Source: a virus. Taken from it: a stretch of DNA of 64,000 nt. The stretch lies in IMG/VR virus record IMGVR_UViG_3300009431_000003. The stretch is one strand, 5' to 3'. The position numbers were made by a program, and so were the translations under genes. Each line of letters opens with the position of its first letter. The first letter of the stretch is position 1. The notes under the pieces are model-generated. The model saw nothing but the letters and a program-made list of their open reading frames with translations, ran no database searches and was not told where the DNA came from. Below are positions 29,267 through 38,242 of the stretch, one piece after another.

Positions 29267-29940
29267 TTCACAATATCCTGATTCGCGGTAACGTCCTCAA
29301 TAATCCGTTCCATTGTATAGATTAGAGGCTCCCGTTTAGCTCGAACATCTTTTGTAATAGTCCGACTCATTAAGTGCGGCCTAATATCAGTCTTACAGTA
29401 CTTCAAGTACACATCGCCCTTAAATTCTATTTTTTGAATTTCTTCCGCTAAAACCTCTGCCCAATGCTGAATAGAAAGAGCAAGCACTCTTTCAGCAGTT
29501 AGAGTTTCCGGGTTCCACCTTAGTTGGCAATGAGGACAGACAGCAATACTGCCTCCGTCTGGTATGCCCAGCTTTACTGACTCTTCTATAGTAGGCATAG
29601 ACCATCCAGCAGAGAAGTCACTAGAAATCACTCTCCCACAACCATACCCTTTACGTACAGCATCTGGAACGTCTTTGTGCATACACCAAAAACCTGCAAT
29701 GTCTCCGTCTCCTCCAAGGCCTTTCCCAGCCGCCCACATCTTTATAATCCCAGAAAAAGGTTTATGTAGAGACCTGTTGGAAGTAAGGTGTACGTCCAGT
29801 TTCCATTCCGGAGCCAGACTCTTATCTTCAAGACCAAACAATTCCCGAAATTCTTTCTTATCCTTTTCAGTAATATTTACCTTTTTCTCTTTATCTACCT
29901 GTTGATCAGTAGCTGGTGCTATAGATGCCCGCTTTGTCAT
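29239..29940 (-). CDS. Hypothetical Cys-containing phage protein (start MTKRAS)
   Basis: GAGGGG RBS before 29940; FWC...CGR...CPHC. Confidence 0.7.
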   Translation of the reverse strand: MTKRASIAPATDQQVDKEKKVNITEKDKKEFRELFGLEDKSLAPEWKLDVHLTSNRSLHKPFSGIIKMWAAGKGLGGDGDIAGFWCMHKDVPDAVRKGYGCGRVISSDFSAGWSMPTIEESVKLGIPDGGSIAVCPHCQLRWNPETLTAERVLALSIQHWAEVLAEEIQKIEFKGDVYLKYCKTDIRPHLMSRTITKDVRAKREPLIYTMERIIEDVTANQDIVKCMKNFLNA

Positions 29941-29941
29941 A

Positions 29942-30448
29942 CTAACCCCTCGACCTTTTTGGGTTAAATGTTTGTTTATCAAAAGAAGGCACAGCACCAC
30001 CCCCAAGCTCACTAGGTTGATTTCTTCCTGGAGGAGCTCCAAGCATAGGTATCTCAGATACAGCAGTAGGCTGAATAAAGTTCTCGACTCTAAAACAGTC
30101 TGCAAGAGCCAAAATTGATGAAACAGCATTTTCGGGAGCAAATTGAGCTAAAATAATCCACTGATACTTTATATCACCCACAAGAACAAATTCCTTAAGA
30201 GTACGTACTGAAAATGTAGACTCAGAAGAGCGTGCTGCTATATGAACCTCTTTTAATACTTCCTTTGTCCACATGGGCTCAGTCTTTATGTCAGCATAGA
30301 AACCATTCCCATCATACCCACCTACTCGGATAGCAAGACTCAAATAAGCAGGTTCAACCTCTGAATTTTCCAGATTTACCTGAGCCAGCTTAGTTCCCTC
30401 AATTGCCCGCACAAGAAGATCAATAGCTTCAGTTATTCCCTGAGTCAT
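29942..30448 (-). CDS. Hypothetical protein (start MTQGIT)
   Basis: GGAGG RBS; ATGA-type coupling. Confidence 0.65.
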   Translation of the reverse strand: MTQGITEAIDLLVRAIEGTKLAQVNLENSEVEPAYLSLAIRVGGYDGNGFYADIKTEPMWTKEVLKEVHIAARSSESTFSVRTLKEFVLVGDIKYQWIILAQFAPENAVSSILALADCFRVENFIQPTAVSEIPMLGAPPGRNQPSELGGGAVPSFDKQTFNPKRSRG

Positions 30449-30690
30449 TTCTTCCTCCCAAAAATTTGATCCCAACGCACTCCCCCAACTACTTGAATGA
30501 CGCCTAAGTCAACAACTCCATAAATCCCATCAAGGCTTCCGTGCACAGTAATAGTAGGATTTACAAACCCTTGATTAAGGGAAATATTCTGCATACGCAT
30601 AAGATGATGATGCGCCATCTGATTAATCCGTAATGGTTGGATCGCTCTTGGAGCTGGTGGGATGTCGATCTTTTTCCGTGTGTTACTCAT
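30445..30690 (-). CDS. Hypothetical protein (start MSNTRKK)
   Basis: Overlaps the upstream stop. Confidence 0.6.
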   Translation of the reverse strand: MSNTRKKIDIPPAPRAIQPLRINQMAHHHLMRMQNISLNQGFVNPTITVHGSLDGIYGVVDLGVIQVVGGVRWDQIFGRKK

Positions 30691-31216
30691 ATGATACCGC
30701 CAATGCATACCCAACTTCATAGTCAGGCGTGTTGTAAGATTCCGTCCCTATTAATAGAGAGACATTTTCAGGTACTCTATTATCTTTAATTACTTCAATA
30801 TACCCAAAAGCAAAAACTCTTGTACCTACCACTACTAAAGAGCCGCCAAGCTGTTTATGTAGTTGTTTAGGTTCAGCAGTTAAAATCAGCTTCGGAAACA
30901 TTCGTTCTTGAGCCATCATGTTTAATGCCAGAAGCATCGCAGAAAAAAACCTTTTTCTTGTCACCTCTCCAATGCCTACAGTCCTGGCTTTTTCGTAGAT
31001 ATCCAAAGGCTGCTCGTCAGGCAATGCGTCCACCATAGAAACAACACGCTCAATATACAAAGGCTTACCTATCTCAGCAATCAACTTCTGGACCCCACCC
31101 CTTTGTAGTGCCTGCTCAATTCTCTGCATAAGAGACGCACGTTTCTCAGAACCACTAACAAGCTGAGGCAGTTCTAATATTTGAGATATACGAACAAACT
31201 CTGTTTTTGGCATCAC
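30683..31216 (-). CDS. Hypothetical protein, 177 aa
   Basis: GGAGG RBS; coupled. Confidence 0.7.
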   Translation of the reverse strand: MMPKTEFVRISQILELPQLVSGSEKRASLMQRIEQALQRGGVQKLIAEIGKPLYIERVVSMVDALPDEQPLDIYEKARTVGIGEVTRKRFFSAMLLALNMMAQERMFPKLILTAEPKQLHKQLGGSLVVVGTRVFAFGYIEVIKDNRVPENVSLLIGTESYNTPDYEVGYALAVSYE

Positions 31217-31404
31217 AACTGCTCGACCTCCCGCGTAATATATAAAGTAGCTTCTTTTCTACGAAGGTTCTCGAAGGCTTGAGTAATTAAAGCAGACAAA
31301 TTAGTCCTATGCCGTTTAGCATAATCCTGTGCCCACTGCTTCAATTCAGGATCAATGGCGGCATGTACCCTACCGTCTTTCTCTACTTTTGTATACTTAG
31401 GCAT
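31213..31404 (-). CDS. Ribbon-helix-helix DNA-binding protein, 63 aa
   Basis: RVHAAIDPELKQWAQDYAKRHRTNLSALITQAF. Confidence 0.7.
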   Translation of the reverse strand: MPKYTKVEKDGRVHAAIDPELKQWAQDYAKRHRTNLSALITQAFENLRRKEATLYITREVEQL

Positions 31405-31576
31405 TCTCTGCCCTTCCTTTTACTGTATGACAATATGGGCATACCCACTCATTTCCGTACTGATCCATAGGCCTTAAGCAGCTTGAGCAATTAAGTGTCG
31501 GGATCAATTTAACCTTTTCCTTCATACATGGTTTGTTTATTTTCTTCGATTCCTTCAGTTTTTTTTTATCTCTCAA
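31397..31576 (-). CDS. Small Zn-ribbon protein, 59 aa (not in ORF track)
   Basis: AGGAG RBS, TTG start; own translation MRDKKK...CSSC...CPYC...ENA*. Confidence 0.65.
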   Translation of the reverse strand: MRDKKKLKESKKINKPCMKEKVKLIPTLNCSSCLRPMDQYGNEWVCPYCHTVKGRAENA

Positions 31577-31591
31577 TAAGAAACTCCTCTA

Positions 31592-32137
31592 TTATGGTGT
31601 TATTTCCTTATCTTGCACTCCAGCCTGTTCTTTTAGGTACTGAGTTATGGCTAAATCAAAAGTAGACTTTAGCTCGATAAAGGTCGGGACAAACTCTCCG
31701 TGTTCTGGGTCTGTCCATTTAATCTGACGCGCTGCGTCAAGGCAAAATTGAGTCACCAATGTCTCGTCTGGCGTATTCAAAACATCACCAAACACAGAGC
31801 TTGTTAAAGTAACTGCCTGATCTCCAGCATAGGTAAAAGTTATACTATCTCCATCCACCTTCATCCCTAAAGGACGAAGCTGCCAAATAGCATCAAGAGA
31901 ATCAATTACCTTATCAATCCCCCGCATTCCTGGAAATACTTTATCGCAGATATACTTCTTCACAAAGCTGCCAATTTGTTGAAGCAATTCTGCATTAATA
32001 TCTGTTGCCCCAGCAAATTTGCTATGAACCGCTCGAAGAATTTCTTCATGTAATTCATAATTAAAGGCAATAGGGCCTGGCAATAAAGAAGTGTCGAGCT
32101 GCAACGCTCCTTCTTTATTAATAAAAACAATACTCAT
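31592..32137 (-). CDS. Hypothetical protein, 181 aa
   Basis: GAGG RBS; coupled. Confidence 0.7.
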   Translation of the reverse strand: MSIVFINKEGALQLDTSLLPGPIAFNYELHEEILRAVHSKFAGATDINAELLQQIGSFVKKYICDKVFPGMRGIDKVIDSLDAIWQLRPLGMKVDGDSITFTYAGDQAVTLTSSVFGDVLNTPDETLVTQFCLDAARQIKWTDPEHGEFVPTFIELKSTFDLAITQYLKEQAGVQDKEITP

Positions 32138-32514
32138 AATTTCCTCTCTTTCATAGCGGTACTATAAATACCGACCACATCGCTTTTTGTTATTTTTGCA
32201 ATAATATCCTGTTTATGAAGGAAACAAAACTGTTGCTTCCCTTCTAACCAGGCATCCAACCGCTGAGCTCCTTGAAGGTATCTCCTAAACAAGATACGAT
32301 CACCAACCCCTACCCCAACAATAAACCGCTTTTTAAAAGAACCTACACTTCTTAACTCTCCCAGGCCGATAGAAATAACCTTCCCAGTTCCGCAAATAGA
32401 AGTATCTACTTTATTGTCCCTTTCATACAGAATTAGATTAGATACCTCCTTCGGAACGGGATCTATAGCAATAAGACTCCAAGGACCGCACGCACTAATT
32501 TTCTGTACTTTCAT
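32134..32514 (-). CDS. Divergent GroES/Cpn10-like co-chaperonin
   Basis: GTGKVISIGLG...VGVGDRILFRRY pattern. Confidence 0.7.
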   Translation of the reverse strand: MKVQKISACGPWSLIAIDPVPKEVSNLILYERDNKVDTSICGTGKVISIGLGELRSVGSFKKRFIVGVGVGDRILFRRYLQGAQRLDAWLEGKQQFCFLHKQDIIAKITKSDVVGIYSTAMKERKL

Positions 32515-32893
32515 CGTTTTCCTTCTGTGTCTTTTTTATGTCAGCCAAAGATCTTCCCTTATTTTCTAAAGAAATCGGAAGAGCGGATTGCACTTCCTTC
32601 TGTTTGGCTGATTCCTCTATAATCTTACGGCGATGTAGAGCTTTACGTACCTCGTCCGCAACCCAAGTAGTTGCGACGGTAAACGTAACTGGTTTCTTTC
32701 CTTTTAAATCTCCAGAAATATAAAAATATTCCCCAAGAAAGTACCCAAGCCGTTTAATTTCCTGTCCTTTGTGATCATATCCATGTACCGCTACAAGAGC
32801 AATTGGTTCCACAGCGTCAATAGTTTTTGGCGGCCCACTAGTCGCCGATGGTGCCTGGTGCTCCAGTTTGAGAGAGGTTCTTCTTTCCGACAT
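32495..32893 (-). CDS. Hypothetical protein, 132 aa
   Basis: AAGGAG RBS. Confidence 0.7.
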   Translation of the reverse strand: MSERRTSLKLEHQAPSATSGPPKTIDAVEPIALVAVHGYDHKGQEIKRLGYFLGEYFYISGDLKGKKPVTFTVATTWVADEVRKALHRRKIIEESAKQKEVQSALPISLENKGRSLADIKKTQKENDESTEN

Positions 32894-33128
32894 CTGTATT
32901 CTCCTTTATTTCCTGTTGAAGATCTATATCCATTGGGTATGGAAGTCTGCAATGACACTCAATAACAGGCAGGTTATCAAGTATCCGTACCTCCTGTACC
33001 TGGCCACACAAAGTACAAATCAGACTATCCGGATCCTTCCCTGCCAGAGTTCTCAGAAAACGGTCTATTTTCATTTCTATTCTCATCTGACTTCTTGCTA
33101 AGCGAACAAGCATCATGTGTTTTATCAT
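32838..33128 (-). CDS. Small Cys-containing hypothetical protein
   Basis: CTLC...CHC; start uncertain. Confidence 0.5.
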   Translation of the reverse strand: MIKHMMLVRLARSQMRIEMKIDRFLRTLAGKDPDSLICTLCGQVQEVRILDNLPVIECHCRLPYPMDIDLQQEIKENTDVGKKNLSQTGAPGTIGD

Positions 33129-33609
33129 TTACAACTCCCTCAGTTATTCGATAAACAATCGCAGCGCTCTCACTAACAACAGGGCCAAGATGAAAAGTTG
33201 TACCATTATCAAAGGTTATTGATCGAAGAATTAACCCATCATTACGTAAATGCCCTTCAAAGTCCACAATCTTACCCGAAAAAGCCTGATCAATCCGTTC
33301 ACAGGAAATATCCAACTCTTCCAGCTCACCTACTTGAGTAAGAAAACGAAGATATCTTCCATCCTCTACTTTTATAGGGTCGGTAGAACAAGCCTCAAGG
33401 TCTTGTGAAGCTCTAGGGTGGGTAAGAGACACTACGGCCCCATCACATTCTTCCTTACGACATCGCCCTGTTGGGCTCTGCTCAAAAAGAGAGAATGTCT
33501 TATCTCCTCCAGGAATCTCATTGTTTTGTTCGTCGGTATGAAAAATGTGCGTGATTCGGTGGCACTTTGTACAATAAGTCGCATAAGTAACGGGCGGTTT
33601 TTCAATCAT
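33025..33609 (-). CDS. Hypothetical protein with N-terminal Zn-ribbon, 194 aa
   Basis: CTKC...CRKEEC. Confidence 0.7.
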   Translation of the reverse strand: MIEKPPVTYATYCTKCHRITHIFHTDEQNNEIPGGDKTFSLFEQSPTGRCRKEECDGAVVSLTHPRASQDLEACSTDPIKVEDGRYLRFLTQVGELEELDISCERIDQAFSGKIVDFEGHLRNDGLILRSITFDNGTTFHLGPVVSESAAIVYRITEGVVNDKTHDACSLSKKSDENRNENRPFSENSGREGSG

Positions 33610-33950
33610 AGTTGAGGCACTCCTTCCGGCCCAATATCTTCCGGAGGTACAGTATTTTCCGTCTGCTCTTCAGCAAGGCCATCAAATCCCCCATCATTTT
33701 GATACATATAACCAACCTCCGCCATTTGTTTCTCTATTGTTGGTGGAGACTGAGACATTACCGGCTTTGGTATAGGAGGCATATCCACTTTTCGTGTGTC
33801 ATTCACGTTCTCGCTTTTAGGCCCCAACAAAAGTTCCTTAGCCATTTTCTGAGCCACTTCCTCAGGTACCTCAAATTTCAGAAGTTGTCCATCGTTCGTC
33901 GTACATACCGCAATATATACAGTATGCGTATCAATATGAAGAATTTTCAT
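33606..33950 (-). CDS. Hypothetical acidic protein, 114 aa
   Basis: GGGG RBS; coupled. Confidence 0.65.
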   Translation of the reverse strand: MKILHIDTHTVYIAVCTTNDGQLLKFEVPEEVAQKMAKELLLGPKSENVNDTRKVDMPPIPKPVMSQSPPTIEKQMAEVGYMYQNDGGFDGLAEEQTENTVPPEDIGPEGVPQL

Positions 33951-33951
33951 C

Positions 33952-34368
33952 TTATCCCCTTTTTATGAGTCCTTTTCGTACCGCCTCTTCTCTTTGCCGC
34001 AAAATCTCCGCCCCTTTTGAGGTCCGTGTGTTAATCCTCTCGTGAGGTAATGTATCCAGTGGCCGCACCTGTAAAGGCCCTGCTTCAACAAACTTTTTAA
34101 GCACTTCAGCCTGTGTATCTTTATCTTCAGCCGCTCCTTTTGCAATAAAGGGCAGTACTGCATTAAAAAACTTCTTCCAGAGCTTTGGGTACTCTTTACT
34201 TTCTGAATTTGCAAGGGCAGCAACACCTGCAACAACAGCCTCCATTCTTCTTTGCATCACCATCAAACATATTGCCTCCGCCGGGGAATATCTTTCTGGG
34301 TACCCACGCTGTTTTTCATAAAGAAGGTTTGCGCGATACCACCCCTGCGGAGACTCTATCCATTTCCC
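33952..34368 (-). CDS. T-like (-1 frame) extension of the tail assembly chaperone
   Basis: The -1 frame is open from the slippery site to the stop at 33952 (GKWIESPQGWYRANLLYEKQ...MVMQRRMEAVVAG...). Confidence 0.75.
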   Translation of the reverse strand, partial: GKWIESPQGWYRANLLYEKQRGYPERYSPAEAICLMVMQRRMEAVVAGVAALANSESKEYPKLWKKFFNAVLPFIAKGAAEDKDTQAEVLKKFVEAGPLQVRPLDTLPHERINTRTSKGAEILRQREEAVRKGLIKRG

Positions 34369-35531
34369 AGGTCGAGCCCCGCAAGCTCTTCCCTGACTCG
34401 GAGCTTAAACCACTGATAGTGAGTATATAGCTCCATAAATAAAATAGAAGATATCCGCTCAATCTCAGAAAACTTCTTTTTCAGTTTATCCTCATCAATC
34501 TCATGCTGCCCTTCCGAGCCAATCGCCGTCGGATTTGTAAATCCCCTATCATTAATTGTTTCCAAGCCAAAAGCAAGTTCATACTTTTGAACGAGCTGTT
34601 GATAATCAAGCCGGCCAGCCGGAGCAGTATCCGCTACTCTTCCAGTAATAAAATGGTCCTCTCCCGTATACAACGTCCGAAAGGTTGCATTAAATTTCTT
34701 TCCGGAATCAAGAGGAACAATTTGATTTACCTTACCTTCAAGAAGGAGCCCTTCAATCTCTAGTTTTGGGCACCTTCTTCGTACCAGTTCCCGCCTTTCC
34801 GGGTTACCATAAATACCGTGGGCACGAGTAATAGGATCAACAATATCATCCGGCAAGTCATAACCAAAACGCATTTTAGCGTGAACACGTTTCCTTAAGT
34901 CCGTATCAGCCAATCTCTTTTCGGTCTGAGTGAGCTCTGTAGCAGCAAAAGAGTCTTCAATTGATCGCTCAAAATCCTCTTCTTCCAGAACAGAGCTTTT
35001 CTTCTCTTCCAGCTCTGGCTCCAAATCTGCCACAAGGGGCTTTTTAGTTGGCTCCGCCTCTTTATTAGTGGAGGCAGCAATTGCTTCATCCGCTAAAGCT
35101 TCTTGTACCACATCATCAAAAGTAATATCAGTATCCGGCATGAGATCGTCTGTAACCTGCATACTCTCAGGAGGAGGTTCTTGTTGCTTAGTATTTTTCT
35201 TAAACTGATCTTGTACCTTAAAATACGCAGCACCCATACCCATAGGCACTTCACCAGACTGTATCTTCTGTTGTAGTTCTTCTGGTTTCATAGTCTGAAG
35301 CAGTCCCTGATCTCGAACTTGCTGTCCTCCAGCCCCCTTGCCTAAATCAATACTTGGGGCTTGTTCTGGCCGATTTCTCAAAATCGGAGTACCTTCACCC
35401 CTTTGCCGTTGAAGTTCAACAACCCAATCCTTTTCCCCGCCAGAGGCTTTTCCTTGTGACAATCTTTGATTAATCTCAAGGGGGGTCTCTCCGAGCTGAA
35501 CTGTGCTTTTTTTAGGTCCTTTTCCTGGCAT
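34356..35531 (-). CDS. Tail-assembly-chaperone-like (G) protein with long acidic N-terminal extension, 391 aa
   Basis: C-terminal KFNATFRTL...ELYTHYQWFKLRV...DLGNG* ending on a slippery heptamer. Confidence 0.65.
   Translation of the reverse strand: MPGKGPKKSTVQLGETPLEINQRLSQGKASGGEKDWVVELQRQRGEGTPILRNRPEQAPSIDLGKGAGGQQVRDQGLLQTMKPEELQQKIQSGEVPMGMGAAYFKVQDQFKKNTKQQEPPPESMQVTDDLMPDTDITFDDVVQEALADEAIAASTNKEAEPTKKPLVADLEPELEEKKSSVLEEEDFERSIEDSFAATELTQTEKRLADTDLRKRVHAKMRFGYDLPDDIVDPITRAHGIYGNPERRELVRRRCPKLEIEGLLLEGKVNQIVPLDSGKKFNATFRTLYTGEDHFITGRVADTAPAGRLDYQQLVQKYELAFGLETINDRGFTNPTAIGSEGQHEIDEDKLKKKFSEIERISSILFMELYTHYQWFKLRVREELAGLDLGNG
34362..34368 (-). other. -1 ribosomal frameshift slippery heptamer G GGA AAT
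   Basis: X XXY YYZ in the correct phase, one sense codon before TAG. Confidence 0.8.
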
Positions 35532-35906
35532 TTATACTCTCCTTATTGTATTTGGGTCTCTTGCAGCACCCTCAAAGGGGGTCTCTTCTTTAGTGGTAGA
35601 AAGGGGGTATATTTTCTTTCCCGCAGTTCCCGGACTTGCCATACCCCCTCTCCACTTATTTTTACACTCCCGACAGTAGTATTGAAGTCGAGCATTTCCT
35701 GTTGGTCGCGCTGTAAAATTTCGCTTCTTACACTTGGGACAGTAGATAGAAAGCATTGTCTTTGTTGTATATGGCTTATCTTCTCTTTCAATTCCTCGCT
35801 CTAAAGGAAAGGCCTCCTTAACAGCATCAATTACATCATCTATAGCTGACCTGTCATCATAGAGATCAGTAATATTATCTGCTTTATGTGGTTTATCTTC
35901 GGACAT
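35532..35906 (-). CDS. Zn-ribbon protein, 124 aa
   Basis: CPKC...YYCREC; AAGGAG RBS. Confidence 0.7.
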   Translation of the reverse strand: MSEDKPHKADNITDLYDDRSAIDDVIDAVKEAFPLERGIEREDKPYTTKTMLSIYCPKCKKRNFTARPTGNARLQYYCRECKNKWRGGMASPGTAGKKIYPLSTTKEETPFEGAARDPNTIRRV

Positions 35907-36570
35907 AAAACTCCTTAATTTTACCGTGCCGATACCCAGTTAGTTTAGTATACATAGTATATACCTTACCAGCAGAGCCAAGATCAATTCTGATTCCATA
36001 AGGCGAGGTCTGAAATACAGCACCAAAAGGCTCCTCAGCCACCCACACTGTCCCAGCATGATAAAGATTGTGCTCGTACTGGGTAGCTATACCAGGAAGA
36101 AGAAATGGGCCTTTAAGGACCTCCTTCTCAATATCCTCCATAGTGCTCGGAAAGAGGAAACGAGTTTTTGTGGGGTCGAGACCTTTCAAATAAGTAATCA
36201 GATCAGCAGGGCTGATTGTACCCATCATTGTAGTTTCCAATCCAGCAAGGATAAACTCACCTACCTTATCCCGAAGCTGCTTCATCATTTTAACTAGTTC
36301 TTCCCCAAAAGAATTATAGACCAGAAGCTCCATCTCTGTTCGATCAACACGCAATAGCTCAACAGCCGGCGGGTCTAAAAACCACGAGGCGCCTTTAGGC
36401 GCCTTAGTTGGTATATCCAAACTGATCCTGTGATCAATAAGGTGGTAGACGTGCGGTGGGTTGTACTGGAAATACTCCTTTATATACGCCACCAACGGTC
36501 CCAGTTGCTCTGAAGCGGATAGTCTGGAAAATTTATCGAGGAATTCTGGATTTAATTTACTTTCTAACAT
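35893..36570 (-). CDS. Hypothetical protein (start MLESKL)
   Basis: ATG at 36570 lies at the predicted +1 of the adjacent promoter. Confidence 0.7.
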   Translation of the reverse strand: MLESKLNPEFLDKFSRLSASEQLGPLVAYIKEYFQYNPPHVYHLIDHRISLDIPTKAPKGASWFLDPPAVELLRVDRTEMELLVYNSFGEELVKMMKQLRDKVGEFILAGLETTMMGTISPADLITYLKGLDPTKTRFLFPSTMEDIEKEVLKGPFLLPGIATQYEHNLYHAGTVWVAEEPFGAVFQTSPYGIRIDLGSAGKVYTMYTKLTGYRHGKIKEFYVRR

Positions 36571-36576
36571 AATCAG

Positions 36577-36605
36577 AAAATACACATGCTATGTGCATTT
36601 GTCAA
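36577..36605 (-). promoter_or_regulatory. sigma70-type promoter TTGACA-N17-TATTTT
   Basis: Exact -35, 17-nt spacer, in the gap between genes. Confidence 0.7.
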
Positions 36606-36613
36606 GTATAAAT

Positions 36614-36811
36614 TTAATGCCCTGAAGTTACTGGCCGAATTTGAGGTAAAAAGAATCTGGTTTTACAATTAGTACAGCGATACTCACTGGCTCCTCTAGC
36701 TTTATTATACCCCAACCTAATTGTCGATGGGCTCTTGCAATGAGGGCACGGAGCTTTTCCCAGCATTATTGTGCGGAAGGCTCCTTGGTCTTGTTGTTCC
36801 ATAATAAACAC
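36614..36811 (-). CDS. Small Zn-ribbon protein
   Basis: CPHC...YRCTNC. Confidence 0.65.
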   Translation of the reverse strand: MFIMEQQDQGAFRTIMLGKAPCPHCKSPSTIRLGYNKARGASEYRCTNCKTRFFLPQIRPVTSGH

Positions 36812-37061
36812 CCGTTTTAAAGGTTACTTGTTTTCCAAAGAACTCCGGCCCGAACTTATCCACATAAGCCTGGAATACTGACTCTCCAAGCTTCTCGGTT
36901 CTGGAGGCACCAAAAAACACAGAGACCTCAGTAGCATCTCCACCAGCTATAGCTACCGGCAGGACCGATATAAACGAAACACCGGGCAGAGTTATAAAAA
37001 TGCGTTCCATTCTCTTGGCAGCATTTGTCTTACTCTTTGAAACAAATGGGATAACTTTCAT
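36717..37061 (-). CDS. Hypothetical protein (start MKVIPF)
   Basis: GGAGG RBS before 37061. Confidence 0.65.
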   Translation of the reverse strand: MKVIPFVSKSKTNAAKRMERIFITLPGVSFISVLPVAIAGGDATEVSVFFGASRTEKLGESVFQAYVDKFGPEFFGKQVTFKTGVYYGTTRPRSLPHNNAGKSSVPSLQEPIDN

Positions 37062-37062
37062 A

Positions 37063-37644
37063 CTAATAGCCTCCCTGTGGAGGATTTGAAGGGTCAGTAT
37101 CAATATCCCAAGGCAGTGGCCATATCCCTTTCTCGTATACTTCCGCGGTTCTATGTACTCCATTTTGCCAAGGAGTAGTTTTAGCAATTGTAGGCGCCAG
37201 GCTTTGTATAAATCCTTCCCAAGCACTCTTTGCTGATGAATAAGTGGACATAATATAAGTTAATGAGGCATATAATCTACCTAATTCCTCTTCTACAAAA
37301 ATTGGGGGAAGCTTCCAGCGGGTAATCATATTAGCCAGGTCCTCAAGCTCTTCCGCAATACAAGCAAACGCTCTTTGTGCAGAGTCTGGAAAAGTAGGGT
37401 CTGCGGCAGCAGCACTAAAATGAAGTACTGCCACATTAATTTCTGTAACCATGTCTGTATAATCTTCGTCTGATCGTTCTGTATATTTTTCTATCCAAGG
37501 AGCTATTTCGTCAGAAAAAACAGTTAGTTGCTCAACTAAAAGGTCCAACTTCGCCTGATAGTCCACCTCTTCAATAACCTTAACAGCTGTTTGCTCGAAA
37601 GCTTCCTTGCCTTCTCCTCTGGCTCTATCATATAAATAGGACAT
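37063..37644 (-). CDS. Hypothetical helical protein, 193 aa
   Basis: GGAGG RBS. Confidence 0.7.
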   Translation of the reverse strand: MSYLYDRARGEGKEAFEQTAVKVIEEVDYQAKLDLLVEQLTVFSDEIAPWIEKYTERSDEDYTDMVTEINVAVLHFSAAAADPTFPDSAQRAFACIAEELEDLANMITRWKLPPIFVEEELGRLYASLTYIMSTYSSAKSAWEGFIQSLAPTIAKTTPWQNGVHRTAEVYEKGIWPLPWDIDTDPSNPPQGGY

Positions 37645-38241
37645 TTATACCTCCTTTGGGACATCCACCCTAAAATCCAGAATGATGTCTTGATCTGCCG
37701 GAGCGGTTTGCCATTCTTCCGCAAAGACTGTAAGCGCCTTCGGGAACGTACTGGGTAACGCTAATGAGAGAAACAAACCCCCATAAAAATGATTCTCAAT
37801 AGTAGGTATAGGTACAAAAAACTCAAACACATAAGTACTCAATGGAGCAATATCAATAGAAGGAGCAACAGGGATCTCCCCATACCCAAAGGCCCCCACA
37901 GGTAACCTATTTGCACTTCTATTTCCAGAAGTTACATACCAGGGCGCCTTCCCTTGATACGCAGCATAATCCATACCAGGCCAAAAAGTAACTATCTGAG
38001 TCTCTTGATTATTTACAATTGTAAGAGAGTAGATAAGGCCTCGCATATCCGGAGGAACAGAAGTCCCAGGGTATGAAGGAATTATTTTAGAGATATCAGC
38101 CTCCTCACGATGCTTCTTATAATTAAACCGAGCAACGGCGGAGCTTCCGGCCTTCCGCCCATAATAATCAAATGTCTTTCTGAGATTACCTATCAGAGTA
38201 CCAAACCAAGTAATCTGCCCAAGGTTAGTTTTATTTGACAC
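37645..38241 (-). CDS. Hypothetical beta-rich protein, 198 aa
   Basis: GGAGG RBS, GTG start. Confidence 0.7.
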   Translation of the reverse strand: MSNKTNLGQITWFGTLIGNLRKTFDYYGRKAGSSAVARFNYKKHREEADISKIIPSYPGTSVPPDMRGLIYSLTIVNNQETQIVTFWPGMDYAAYQGKAPWYVTSGNRSANRLPVGAFGYGEIPVAPSIDIAPLSTYVFEFFVPIPTIENHFYGGLFLSLALPSTFPKALTVFAEEWQTAPADQDIILDFRVDVPKEV

Positions 38242-38242
38242 C

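Noticed and set aside
36614-36811. IS1 InsA-like Zn-ribbon suggesting an insertion sequence
   Set aside because: No transposase ORF, terminal inverted repeats or target duplication nearby.
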